Assembly: GCA_009784085.1 (NCBI GenBank)
Contig: WRCJ01000001.1
Location: 66-64,065 of the forward strand
DNA: 64,000 nucleotides
Reading direction: 5' to 3'
Origin: Oscillospiraceae bacterium
Lineage (GTDB): Bacteria; Bacillota; Clostridia; Oscillospirales; UBA929
The stretch's first letter is position 1. Every line of letters begins with the position of its first letter. Of the stretch, positions 44,197-52,137 are shown piece after piece. The position numbers and the translations under genes were made by a program. A model generated the notes under the pieces. The model was not told the origin of the DNA and did no database searches. It was given only the letters and a program-made list of their open reading frames with translations.

Positions 44197-44947
44197 GAAC
44201 ATAGATATAGGAAATAAGGGAAACAAGGCAATAAAAGCAAATAAAAAAGCCCGCATCCCGATCATCGATGCGCTGCGGGGCTTGTCCATTATCTTGATGG
44301 TGGCGTATCACACCGGCTACGACCTGGTATTGTTCAAACTGGCGCCGAAGGCGGCCCTCTACAACCCCCTGCTCGCGTTCTTGCAACCCTTTTTCGCGGG
44401 GGTGTTCATTGTACTTGCCGGCGTGTCCGCCCGCTACGCTAGCAACAACCATGCGCGCGGTGCGCGCGTGTTGGCCTGTGCGCTCATTGTTTCGATTGTA
44501 ACAGGCTTTATCGGCGTCCCGGTCTCTTTTGGCATTTTGCATTGCCTGGGGTTTTGCATGGTTCTCTGCGGGGATCCGGCCACATGGGTCGATAAAATCC
44601 CCCGAAAGGCGCAACCCCTGCTGTTTTGTGGATTGTTTATCGCATGTTATTTGTTTATCCCCGTTCGGGGCGATATCTTTTCCACTGTGCCGTATCTCTA
44701 TGCTTTCGGTTTCGTCGGCCCTACCTTTACGTCGGCCGACTACTTCCCGCTACTGCCATGGTTATTCCTCTACCTGCTGGGCACATGGGTTGGCAGTTAT
44801 ATTAAGGCGGGCCGCTTTCCCCGCTGGTTTTACAATTTCCGTATCCCTGTCCTGCCCGTCATCGGGCGCCATACGCTGCTCATCTATATGCTGCACCAGC
44901 CCGTAGTTTACCTCGCTGTGTCGCTACTCGCCCACATCCTGCGGTAG
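44189..44947 (+). CDS. DUF1624 / heparan-alpha-glucosaminide N-acetyltransferase-like membrane protein
   Basis: RIPIIDALRGLSIILMVAYHTGYDL followed by multiple TM segments. Confidence 0.62.
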   Translation: MYKNIDIGNKGNKAIKANKKARIPIIDALRGLSIILMVAYHTGYDLVLFKLAPKAALYNPLLAFLQPFFAGVFIVLAGVSARYASNNHARGARVLACALIVSIVTGFIGVPVSFGILHCLGFCMVLCGDPATWVDKIPRKAQPLLFCGLFIACYLFIPVRGDIFSTVPYLYAFGFVGPTFTSADYFPLLPWLFLYLLGTWVGSYIKAGRFPRWFYNFRIPVLPVIGRHTLLIYMLHQPVVYLAVSLLAHILR

Positions 44948-44969
44948 CGCACCTTTACCGATATGTTGC

Positions 44970-45022
44970 CGGGATGTCAATATATATTTATCGAGACGCG
45001 ATAAATATATATTGACATCCCG
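44970..45022. terminator. Perfect 24-bp inverted repeat with a 5-nt spacer; probably a bidirectional terminator and/or operator
   Basis: cgggatgtcaatatatatttatcg (44970-44993), agacg, then cgataaatatatattgacatcccg (44999-45022). It is followed by aatttttt. The right arm contains the -35 TTGACA of the downstream promoter. Confidence 0.6.
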
Positions 45023-45040
45023 AATTTTTTGTGTTATACT
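45012..45040 (+). promoter_or_regulatory. Promoter candidate (TTGACA, 17 nt spacer, TATACT) for the DUF2975-HTH-rSAM operon
   Basis: ttgaca at 45012-45017 and tatact at 45035-45040. Confidence 0.5.
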
Positions 45041-45066
45041 GTGATTATCTCATTTCGGGGGGGACG

Positions 45067-45549
45067 ATGATGTCATCGAAAACACTATGTTACCTAATCC
45101 GTTTCGCCGTCATGGCAACGGCAGCCTGCTCCCTATTCATCGCGCTGTTTGTTATTCCGTCATGGGGCGCCTCCATCGCCGACGCCAATCCAGAATATGC
45201 CGGCTGGTATCTTCCCTGGCTCGTTTTTATATGGACAGCCTCGCTACCTTGTTTCGCTATCCTATTGTTCATCTGGAAGGTATCCGGCGCCATAAAACGC
45301 GAAGAAGTCTTTTTGCTCAAAACCGCCAAATGGATTAAAACAAGTGCGGTTTTGCTATTTGCCGACGCCGGATTTTTCTTTGTCGGCAATGTCGCCTTCC
45401 TGTTGTTTCAGATGAGCCATCCGGGGATATTGTTTCTTTCCATGCTCGGAAATATCTTTGCCATTGCGTTAGCGTTGCTGGCAGCCGTATTGTCCCGGTA
45501 TATTACAAAAGCGGCGGAGCTACAAGAAGCAAGCGAGGGCACGATATGA
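45067..45549 (+). CDS. DUF2975 membrane protein
   Basis: Four hydrophobic segments, followed with an ATGA overlap by a YozG-like HTH gene, which is the usual DUF2975 partner. The start is at MMSSKTL after RBS GGGGGGGA. Confidence 0.6.
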   Translation: MMSSKTLCYLIRFAVMATAACSLFIALFVIPSWGASIADANPEYAGWYLPWLVFIWTASLPCFAILLFIWKVSGAIKREEVFLLKTAKWIKTSAVLLFADAGFFFVGNVAFLLFQMSHPGILFLSMLGNIFAIALALLAAVLSRYITKAAELQEASEGTI

Positions 45550-45782
45550 TTATTATCAATGTCGATGTTATGCTGGCAAAACGTAAGATGAGCGTGACGG
45601 AGCTTACCGAGCGAGTGGGCTTGACTATGGCAAACGTGTCGCTCATCAAGAATGGCAAGGTCAAGGCTGTAAAACTTTCCACCCTGGATAAGATATGCGA
45701 GGCCCTGGATTGCCAGCCGGGGGATATTTTAGAGTACAAAGCGGATAAGCCGTTGGATACGGATAAGGGTCTATTGCCATGA
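45546..45782 (+). CDS. XRE-family HTH transcriptional regulator (YozG-like)
   Basis: IIINVDVMLAKRKMSVTELTERVGLTMANVSLIKNGKVKAVKLSTLDKICEALDCQPGDILEY. Confidence 0.82.
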   Translation: MIIINVDVMLAKRKMSVTELTERVGLTMANVSLIKNGKVKAVKLSTLDKICEALDCQPGDILEYKADKPLDTDKGLLP

Positions 45783-47065
45783 AAAAGGCTTTGTTGATCA
45801 CCGTTTCCAGCGATGAAATCAAAAAAATCCGCCGCGCGCGATACATTAAATTCCAACAATGCACCATGCCTTATCTGGCGGCGCTTTTCCCGCCGGATTG
45901 GGAAGTGGTGCATATTGATGAGGAAACGCAGCCGATTGATTATACAAGCCATTATGATTTGGTAGGTTTGACATTCCATACGCCCTGTTGTTACCATGCG
46001 TATGAGATTGCAAAAAGGTTTCGCGACAGGGGGACTACCGTCATCATGGGCGGTCCCCATGTTACGCTTGTCCCGGATGAAGCGGAAAAGCACGCCGACA
46101 GTATTTTTATCGGCGAAGCCGAGAATACGTTGCCGCTGTTTTGTTCTGATTTTGCCCAAGGAACAACAAAAAAACGCTATGAAGACAACGGCGTGGTGGA
46201 TTTAGCCTCCGCCCCGCTTCTGCAAAAGCAACATTTTCATCGAACCGACCATACAGCGGGAACAATGTTCGCCACAAGAGGATGCCCAAATTCCTGTGAA
46301 TTTTGTACGATCGCCTGTATTTATAAAAATAAGTTCCGCAAACGCCCCGTGTCGGAGGTCGCAAAGGATTTTTCCTCCTTGAAAGGGAAGGTCGTCGTAT
46401 TTTGGGATGACAATATTTCGGCGGATCTTGAATATGCAAAGATGATGTTTCGGGCGATAACCCCCTATAAAAAATGGTGGACTTCGCAGGCAAGTATAAA
46501 AGCGGGCGAGGACGATGAATTTTTGGAACTTGCGTATAAGAGCGGATGCAGACATTTGTTTATTGGGTTTGAGAGCGTCGCCCAATTGTCCCTCGACGGG
46601 GCAAATAAATCATTCAACAAGGTGGCGCGTTACAAAGAAATCATTCGTCGCATCCATTCGCATGGTATTTCCATTCAAGCGGGCATTGTTTTCGGTTTTG
46701 ATCATGATACGCCTGATGTGTTCGATGAAACCCTTGCCTTTTTGCGCGAGAACGGTATCTCGCAAGCCACCTTTAATATGTTGACGCCCTATCCGGGGAC
46801 ACCGCTTTTTGAACGGCTCCGGTTGGAAGGGCGCATATTGACCAACGATTGGACAAAATACAATTCCCGGACAGATGTTGTTTTTCAACCAAAAAATATG
46901 ACCCCAGAAGCTCTGCTCGCCGGCTTTCGTCGCGCCAACCGCGAATTTTATCAGCTCGGCAACATCGTAAGCCGATTGTTTCGTTCCCGCACCAATCTGT
47001 TCTGGACGCTTCCACTCAACTTGATTTATCACGTATTGCTGAAATTGAACAAAACCGCCGGATGA
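45779..47065 (+). CDS. B12-binding-domain radical SAM protein
   Basis: The N-terminal Rossmann-like B12 domain (DLVGLTFHTPCCYHAYEIAKRFRDRGTTVIMGGPHVT) is followed by CPNSCEFC (CxxxCxxC). It has an ATGA overlap with the HTH gene. Confidence 0.8.
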   Translation: MKKALLITVSSDEIKKIRRARYIKFQQCTMPYLAALFPPDWEVVHIDEETQPIDYTSHYDLVGLTFHTPCCYHAYEIAKRFRDRGTTVIMGGPHVTLVPDEAEKHADSIFIGEAENTLPLFCSDFAQGTTKKRYEDNGVVDLASAPLLQKQHFHRTDHTAGTMFATRGCPNSCEFCTIACIYKNKFRKRPVSEVAKDFSSLKGKVVVFWDDNISADLEYAKMMFRAITPYKKWWTSQASIKAGEDDEFLELAYKSGCRHLFIGFESVAQLSLDGANKSFNKVARYKEIIRRIHSHGISIQAGIVFGFDHDTPDVFDETLAFLRENGISQATFNMLTPYPGTPLFERLRLEGRILTNDWTKYNSRTDVVFQPKNMTPEALLAGFRRANREFYQLGNIVSRLFRSRTNLFWTLPLNLIYHVLLKLNKTAG

Positions 47066-47090
47066 CGGGGGAGGGGGCGCCGTAGGACAC

Positions 47091-47215
47091 CGGGACGCGC
47101 GGGGGCGCGTCCCCTACAACGCGCCGGGACGCGCGGGGGCGCGTCCCCTACAACGCGCCGGGACGTCGCCGGTAGGGCGCGGCATCCCTGACGCGCCGGG
47201 ACGCGCGGGGGCGGG
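47091..47215 (+). repeat. REP-like cluster: two full type-B cores (GGGACGCGCGGGGGCGCGTCCCCTAC), one type-A core and one partial type-B core
   Basis: Type B at about 47102-47127 and 47136-47161, type A at 47176-47197, and a partial type B from 47198. Confidence 0.8.
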
Positions 47216-47367
47216 GGTCGCCGGCAACGGACGGCAACCCTATAAACAGAGCAAAGCCGCCCTCCCATGAGCGGCTCCGCCGATATCTAAATTCCATTCT
47301 GATAGTAGTTTACCATATGATGTGGTACGTTGTCAATAGGTATACACGATATTGTAAAAAATATTTT

Positions 47368-47613
47368 TTACGCGGGAATACATGAGAGGGCCAGCGTAAG
47401 GAAAATAAACAGTATCGCTACCCACTTCGTCATCTTGGCCAGCTTGGCATCCCATGTGCGAGCCTTGTTCTTGGACAGAAAGGTATCTGCCGCCCCGGCT
47501 ATCGCGCCGGAAAGCCCCGACCGTTTTCCCGACTGCAACAAAACCACAGCCACCAGGAAGACGGCGGCGATGAGCTGCACGATTGTCACTACCAACCTGA
47601 ATATGTTGTCCAT
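47368..47613 (-). CDS. secG: Preprotein translocase subunit SecG
   Basis: 81 aa, MDNIFRLVVTIVQLIAAVFLVAVVLLQSGKRSGLSGAIAG...; RBS AGGGGG. The longer track ORF (to 47784) is rejected. Confidence 0.8.
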   Translation of the reverse strand: MDNIFRLVVTIVQLIAAVFLVAVVLLQSGKRSGLSGAIAGAADTFLSKNKARTWDAKLAKMTKWVAILFIFLTLALSCIPA

Positions 47614-47782
47614 GAACAAACCCCCTAAGAGAAATAACCCTTTTATTATAACACAAACAAAAATAATATCAAGAGAAAAATAATATTTTTCAGGGCAGTT
47701 TTCAGGGCAGCCGCCCACCAGCCGCTGGCTGTGCTTTGTCTCGCTCTGCCTTGCATTGCTTCGCTTTACATCGTTTTCATTC

Positions 47783-47940
47783 AAATCCGTTTTACGACTT
47801 CTTCAAGTCGTAAAACATCCGGTTTCTTAATGGAGATAGCACTCCACCTGAAGTTATTCCGCCTAAAGAGGCGGGGGTCTTAACCCAGCTTGCCTTCGGC
47901 AAGACCCCCACCTCTAAGCGAAGCGTAGGTGGGGGATTTG
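47783..47940. other. Hairpin-dense intergenic element (candidate structured RNA or regulatory region, strand unresolved)
   Basis: Perfect 11-bp hairpin at 47789-47799/47806-47816. CCGCCT/AGGCGG at 47859-47874. GGGGGTCTT/AAGACCCCC at 47873-47881/47901-47909. CCCCCACCT/AGGTGGGGG at 47905-47913/47927-47935. The outer aaatcc/ggattt lies at 47783-47788/47934-47939. Confidence 0.3.
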
Positions 47941-47949
47941 ATAAACATT

Positions 47950-49152
47950 TCATGCGTTTTTGCGCACGATCTCCGCCGTGTCCAGCGCAATCAGCAGTTC
48001 CTCGTTGGTAGGGATGAGCAGAATGCGCCCACGGGAACCCGCGGTGGATATATCTTGCTCCCCCGGGCCGGGGTCGCTGTTTTTCACCTCGTCCATTTCC
48101 AACCCCATATAGGTGAGTTCCCCCGCAATCCTGCGTCTCATGCCCGCGTTGTTTTCCCCGACGCCGGCCGTAAACACGAGGGCGTCCACCCCGTTGAGCA
48201 CGGCGGCATACATGCCGACATGCTTTTTCACCGCATAGGCAAACATGCTAAGCGCCAGCTCCGCCCGTTCGTTCCCATTGGCCGTGGCATCCTCCAAGTC
48301 CCGAAAATCAGACGACACGCCGGATATCCCCAGCATCCCGGAATTCTGGTTGAGGACGTCTGTCACATCGGATAGGCTCAGGTTTTCCTCCTTTGCCAAG
48401 AAGGACAGGATGGCCGGGTCGACTGTCCCCGATCGCGTCCCCATCGGGACACCTTCAAGCGGGGTAAACCCCATGGATGTATCTACGGATTGCCCACCCT
48501 TGACGGCGGCTATCGAGGAACCGTTGCCCAGATGACATGTGATGATTTTCAGTTTCTTGGGATCCCCGCCCAGTATCTTCGCCGCACGCTCGGACACATA
48601 GCGGTGCGACGTGCCATGAAATCCGTAGCGGCGGACATGCAGGCGTTCGTAATAATCGTAGGGCAGCGCGTAGATATACGCCACGGGCGGCATGGTCTGG
48701 TGGAAGGCCGTATCGAATACGGCTACTTGCTTCACGCCGTCCATCACACGCGCGCAGGCGCGGATCCCCACCAAGCTCGGCGGATTGTGCAGCGGCGCCA
48801 AATGGACGCAGTCCTCCACAGCCGTCAGCACATCGTCGTTGATGCAAACAGACCCGGCGAAGGTTTCCCCGCCATGCACCACCCTATGGCCAACGGCCGC
48901 GATATCGCCCAGGCTCCTTAGGACGCCAGTCTCTTCGCCGAGGAGCAGATCGATGACTGCTTGCACGGCATCGGCATGGTCGTCCATGGTTTTTTCCACC
49001 ACGAATTCGCGCCGACTGGGGATAACATGCTTGATTTTCCCATCCAGCCCGATGCGCTCGCATACGCCCCGCGCCATCACCTCGCGCTTTTCCATGTCGA
49101 ACAGCTGATATTTCAAAGAGGAACTGCCCGCATTGACCACCAATACATTCAT
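47950..49152 (-). CDS. ackA: Acetate kinase
   Basis: MNVLVVNAGSSSLKYQLF, GHRVVHGG, and the overall 400-aa length. Confidence 0.93.
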   Translation of the reverse strand: MNVLVVNAGSSSLKYQLFDMEKREVMARGVCERIGLDGKIKHVIPSRREFVVEKTMDDHADAVQAVIDLLLGEETGVLRSLGDIAAVGHRVVHGGETFAGSVCINDDVLTAVEDCVHLAPLHNPPSLVGIRACARVMDGVKQVAVFDTAFHQTMPPVAYIYALPYDYYERLHVRRYGFHGTSHRYVSERAAKILGGDPKKLKIITCHLGNGSSIAAVKGGQSVDTSMGFTPLEGVPMGTRSGTVDPAILSFLAKEENLSLSDVTDVLNQNSGMLGISGVSSDFRDLEDATANGNERAELALSMFAYAVKKHVGMYAAVLNGVDALVFTAGVGENNAGMRRRIAGELTYMGLEMDEVKNSDPGPGEQDISTAGSRGRILLIPTNEELLIALDTAEIVRKNA

Positions 49153-49277
49153 TTTTTACATTTCCTTTCCCATATCATAATGCATTGCCATTGTATCATG
49201 TTTTTCCTTTTTTCACAACAATATTTCTCAGCCCCTCCCCGGCGCGCACGTCACGTGAGGCGGCATACTCGCCCAAC

Positions 49278-49303
49278 GGCGCGTCAAGGATGCCGCGCCC
49301 TAC
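49278..49303 (-). repeat. Single REP-like type-A variant core upstream of dnaA
   Basis: ggcgcgtcaaggatgccgcgccctac, with one extra base relative to the core. Confidence 0.7.
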
Positions 49304-49442
49304 GAACTACTCGTCGCATACGCGACGGCGCAAATTCTCCTTTACACCAAGCCGTAAATATGATATAAATATGCCATCGACCCTGTTTTTTCTTTGTCAT
49401 AATCTTTACCATAATAAGGCTCGAAACGATGGAGGATTTTTC

Positions 49443-50750
49443 ATGTTTTCCTATGAAGATATTTGGAACCACGTGATCTCGGAGTTGGCGCGCGCAACTT
49501 CCCAGACCGTTCTGCGCGCATGGTTCGACGGTATGAAAATCCTCCGGATCTCTGAAGACACAGCCTTTTTTTACACCCCTGCCAAATTTAAGCGCGATAT
49601 GATCCTCAACCGATACGCGGATCGTATCAAGGTAATCCTCAGCGAACTCCTCAGCGTCCCCATGTCGGTGGAAATCATCACGGAGGAAGAACTGGAGGAT
49701 TTCACGCGGCAGGAGACCCTTCAGGAGGATAAGGAGGATTATAAGTCCTATACCTTCGATCGCTTTGTGGTTGGTTCTTCCAACAAGTTCGCGCATGCCG
49801 CCGCGCAGGCCGTATCCGACAACCCCGCGGGCGCTTACAACCCCCTTTTCATCTACGGTACCTCCGGCCTGGGGAAAACGCATCTCCTCTATGCCATCAT
49901 GACGCGCGTCATGGAAAAGTTCCCCCATTTCAAGGTGCAATATGTCACCGCCGAGACGTTCACCCGTCAGTTGGTCACCGCCATACGCCTGGGGAAAAAC
50001 TATGAATTCCATGATAATTACCGACGCCTCGATATGTTGCTCGTGGACGACATCCATTTTATCGCCGGCAAAGAGTTTTCCCAAGAGGAATTTTTCCATA
50101 CCTTCAACACCCTGCATGAAGCCGGTAGACAAATTATCCTAGCCTCCGATCGACCGCCCAAAGACGTGAGCCGCCTGGAAGAACGGCTGCGTACCCGTTT
50201 TGAATGGGGCCTCATCGCGGACATTCAGCCCCCGGATTATGAAACCAGGCTCGCTATCGTGAACGTGAAGGCCTTCCGATTGGGCCTGTCCCTCCCCGAA
50301 GAGGTATCCGATTACATTGCCGGCACGATCTCGTCGAACATACGCCAATTGGAGGGCGTCGTCAAAAAGATGATGGCGTACCGGGATCTTGTCAACAAAC
50401 CCATCAGCATGGAAACCGCCGAACAAGCCATCTCGGAGATTGTCCGCGAAAGCCCGGGCCTCTCGCCAACGCCCACCCTGAACCTCCAGGAAGTCTGTGA
50501 CTTTTACAACTTGGACTCCGCCCAAGTCTTAGGGGCAAACCGGCGTTCCGACGTGGTACGGGCGCGCCAGCTCACCATGTACCTCTGCCGGTTGCTGACG
50601 ACAAAATCCCTGCATGACATTGGGAAATTCATCAACCGCGATCATACCACGGTGGGGCATGGCTGCGAAAAGGTGGAGGCGCTCAGGGTCTCCGACCCCA
50701 TGATTTCTAAGGATATCCAATCGATGATTGAAAATATTCGCAACAAATAA
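49443..50750 (+). CDS. dnaA: Chromosomal replication initiator protein DnaA
   Basis: MFSYEDIWNHV..., Walker A GTSGLGKTHL, LLVDDIHF, and the C-terminal DNA-binding GKFINRDHTTVGH. The track ORF start 49185 is rejected because it reads through a REP and the promoter region. Confidence 0.93.
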   Translation: MFSYEDIWNHVISELARATSQTVLRAWFDGMKILRISEDTAFFYTPAKFKRDMILNRYADRIKVILSELLSVPMSVEIITEEELEDFTRQETLQEDKEDYKSYTFDRFVVGSSNKFAHAAAQAVSDNPAGAYNPLFIYGTSGLGKTHLLYAIMTRVMEKFPHFKVQYVTAETFTRQLVTAIRLGKNYEFHDNYRRLDMLLVDDIHFIAGKEFSQEEFFHTFNTLHEAGRQIILASDRPPKDVSRLEERLRTRFEWGLIADIQPPDYETRLAIVNVKAFRLGLSLPEEVSDYIAGTISSNIRQLEGVVKKMMAYRDLVNKPISMETAEQAISEIVRESPGLSPTPTLNLQEVCDFYNLDSAQVLGANRRSDVVRARQLTMYLCRLLTTKSLHDIGKFINRDHTTVGHGCEKVEALRVSDPMISKDIQSMIENIRNK

Positions 50751-50771
50751 ATAAGGCTTCATCCCAAGGCT

Positions 50772-50935
50772 TTATCCCCCGCGTTTTTTATCCCCCGCAC
50801 GTTGGGGATTGTGGAAGCATGCCGCTCCCCTTGCTTTTTTCTTCTGCGTTTGCCACGCGAAATCCCCCTATTTATCCCCCAGGCCTGTTGGATGCGCATG
50901 TCCAGCCGTGCAACTGTTCCCGCCCGTTATCCCCC
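50772..50935 (+). promoter_or_regulatory. Candidate oriC repeat cluster in the dnaA-dnaN spacer: four direct TTATCCCCC nonamers plus related ATCCCC sites
   Basis: ttatccccc at 50772-50780, 50788-50796, 50872-50880 and 50927-50935. aaatccccc at 50861-50869. The inverted ggggatt at 50804-50810. An AT-rich stretch at 50955-51000 precedes dnaN. Confidence 0.5.
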
Positions 50936-51007
50936 ATCCCACGGCCTACCGCTACCTTGGCTATCGTATTAACTAATCTATTCTATTCTTAGAAAGAGAT
51001 GATCAAC

Positions 51008-52129
51008 ATGAAGTTTTCCTGTGACAAAGCCCCCCTGCTTTCCTCCATCCTCACCGTTTCCCGCGCCGTTTCGTCCAGAAGTAGCATCGCCGCCTTAGAG
51101 GGGATCCTCATCGTAGCGGATACCAAGCTCATACTCTACGGATACAACATGGAGATTGGTATCCGGGAAGAGTTGGAGGCGGATATTGAAGTGCCAGGCA
51201 GCGTTGTGATTGTTTCGCGCTTGCTGACGGATATCATCCGACGCTTGCCCGACGATAAGGTCGTGTTTTCCCTTTCGGATAAAATGGTCATGCATATCGA
51301 GTGCGGCCGCTCCATTTATGACATCTCGGCATGTTATGATGGGCAGGCGTTTCCGAATATGCCATCTGTCCCGGAGGAAGAATGCGCGTTGATGACAAAA
51401 CGGATGCTCAAGGAAATGATCCAAGGAACGGTATTCGCCGTTTCCGAGAACGACGCGAAAAAGATCCATATGGGATCGAAGTTCGTGTGGGAGAACGGCT
51501 GCCTTTCCGTCGTTTCTATCGATGGTTTCCGCCTGGCCATGCGCAGGCAAGCGTATACGGGGACGGCGCCACAAGAAGACTTTGTCGTGCCGGGGGCGGC
51601 TTTGCGCGAAGTGGAAAAGCTCCTGTCGGACGGGGAGGAAAACATACGCATCGTATTGGGCAGCAGGCATATTATGTTTCAAATCGATACGATAACGCTG
51701 ACGACAAGACTGCTCGAAGGGGAATTTATCAACTATATGGCTACGATCCCCAAGGAACAGCCGGTATCCGTGACGCTGAATACGCAAGAATTTGCCTCAT
51801 GCATCGAGCGCGTCAGTTTGCTCATCAATGAGAAAATCAAGAACCCCTTGCGCCTCTACTTGGAAGAAAACCGCATTGTCGTTTCCTGCACGACCGCGCT
51901 GGGGGCGGCGCAGGATGATTGCCCGGCGACGGTAGTCGGGTTGCCGGAGGATAACCCAGAGATGGAAATAGGGTTTAACCACCGGTACTTGCTGGAAGCG
52001 TTGAATTCCCTGAAAGAACAGCAATGCGTCATTCGGTTTACCAACCCGTTGTCCCCTTGTATCATCGTGCCCCAGGAGGGCGATGCGTTCATGCACATGA
52101 TCCTGCCGGTGAGGCTCAGGAGCGAATAG
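51008..52129 (+). CDS. dnaN: DNA polymerase III beta sliding clamp
   Basis: MKFSCDKAPLLSSILTVSRAV..., a length of about 373 aa, and its position after dnaA. Confidence 0.93.
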   Translation: MKFSCDKAPLLSSILTVSRAVSSRSSIAALEGILIVADTKLILYGYNMEIGIREELEADIEVPGSVVIVSRLLTDIIRRLPDDKVVFSLSDKMVMHIECGRSIYDISACYDGQAFPNMPSVPEEECALMTKRMLKEMIQGTVFAVSENDAKKIHMGSKFVWENGCLSVVSIDGFRLAMRRQAYTGTAPQEDFVVPGAALREVEKLLSDGEENIRIVLGSRHIMFQIDTITLTTRLLEGEFINYMATIPKEQPVSVTLNTQEFASCIERVSLLINEKIKNPLRLYLEENRIVVSCTTALGAAQDDCPATVVGLPEDNPEMEIGFNHRYLLEALNSLKEQQCVIRFTNPLSPCIIVPQEGDAFMHMILPVRLRSE

Positions 52130-52137
52130 ACATAGGC

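Noticed and set aside
47821-47850. tmRNA, SRP RNA or tRNA in the ackA-secG spacer (a CTCCACC string resembles a tmRNA 3-prime end)
   Set aside because: There is no T-arm GGTTCGA-type sequence, no 5-prime GGGG acceptor partner, no tag-peptide reading frame, and no SRP domain IV motif. Only the generic hairpin-rich character is retained as a finding.
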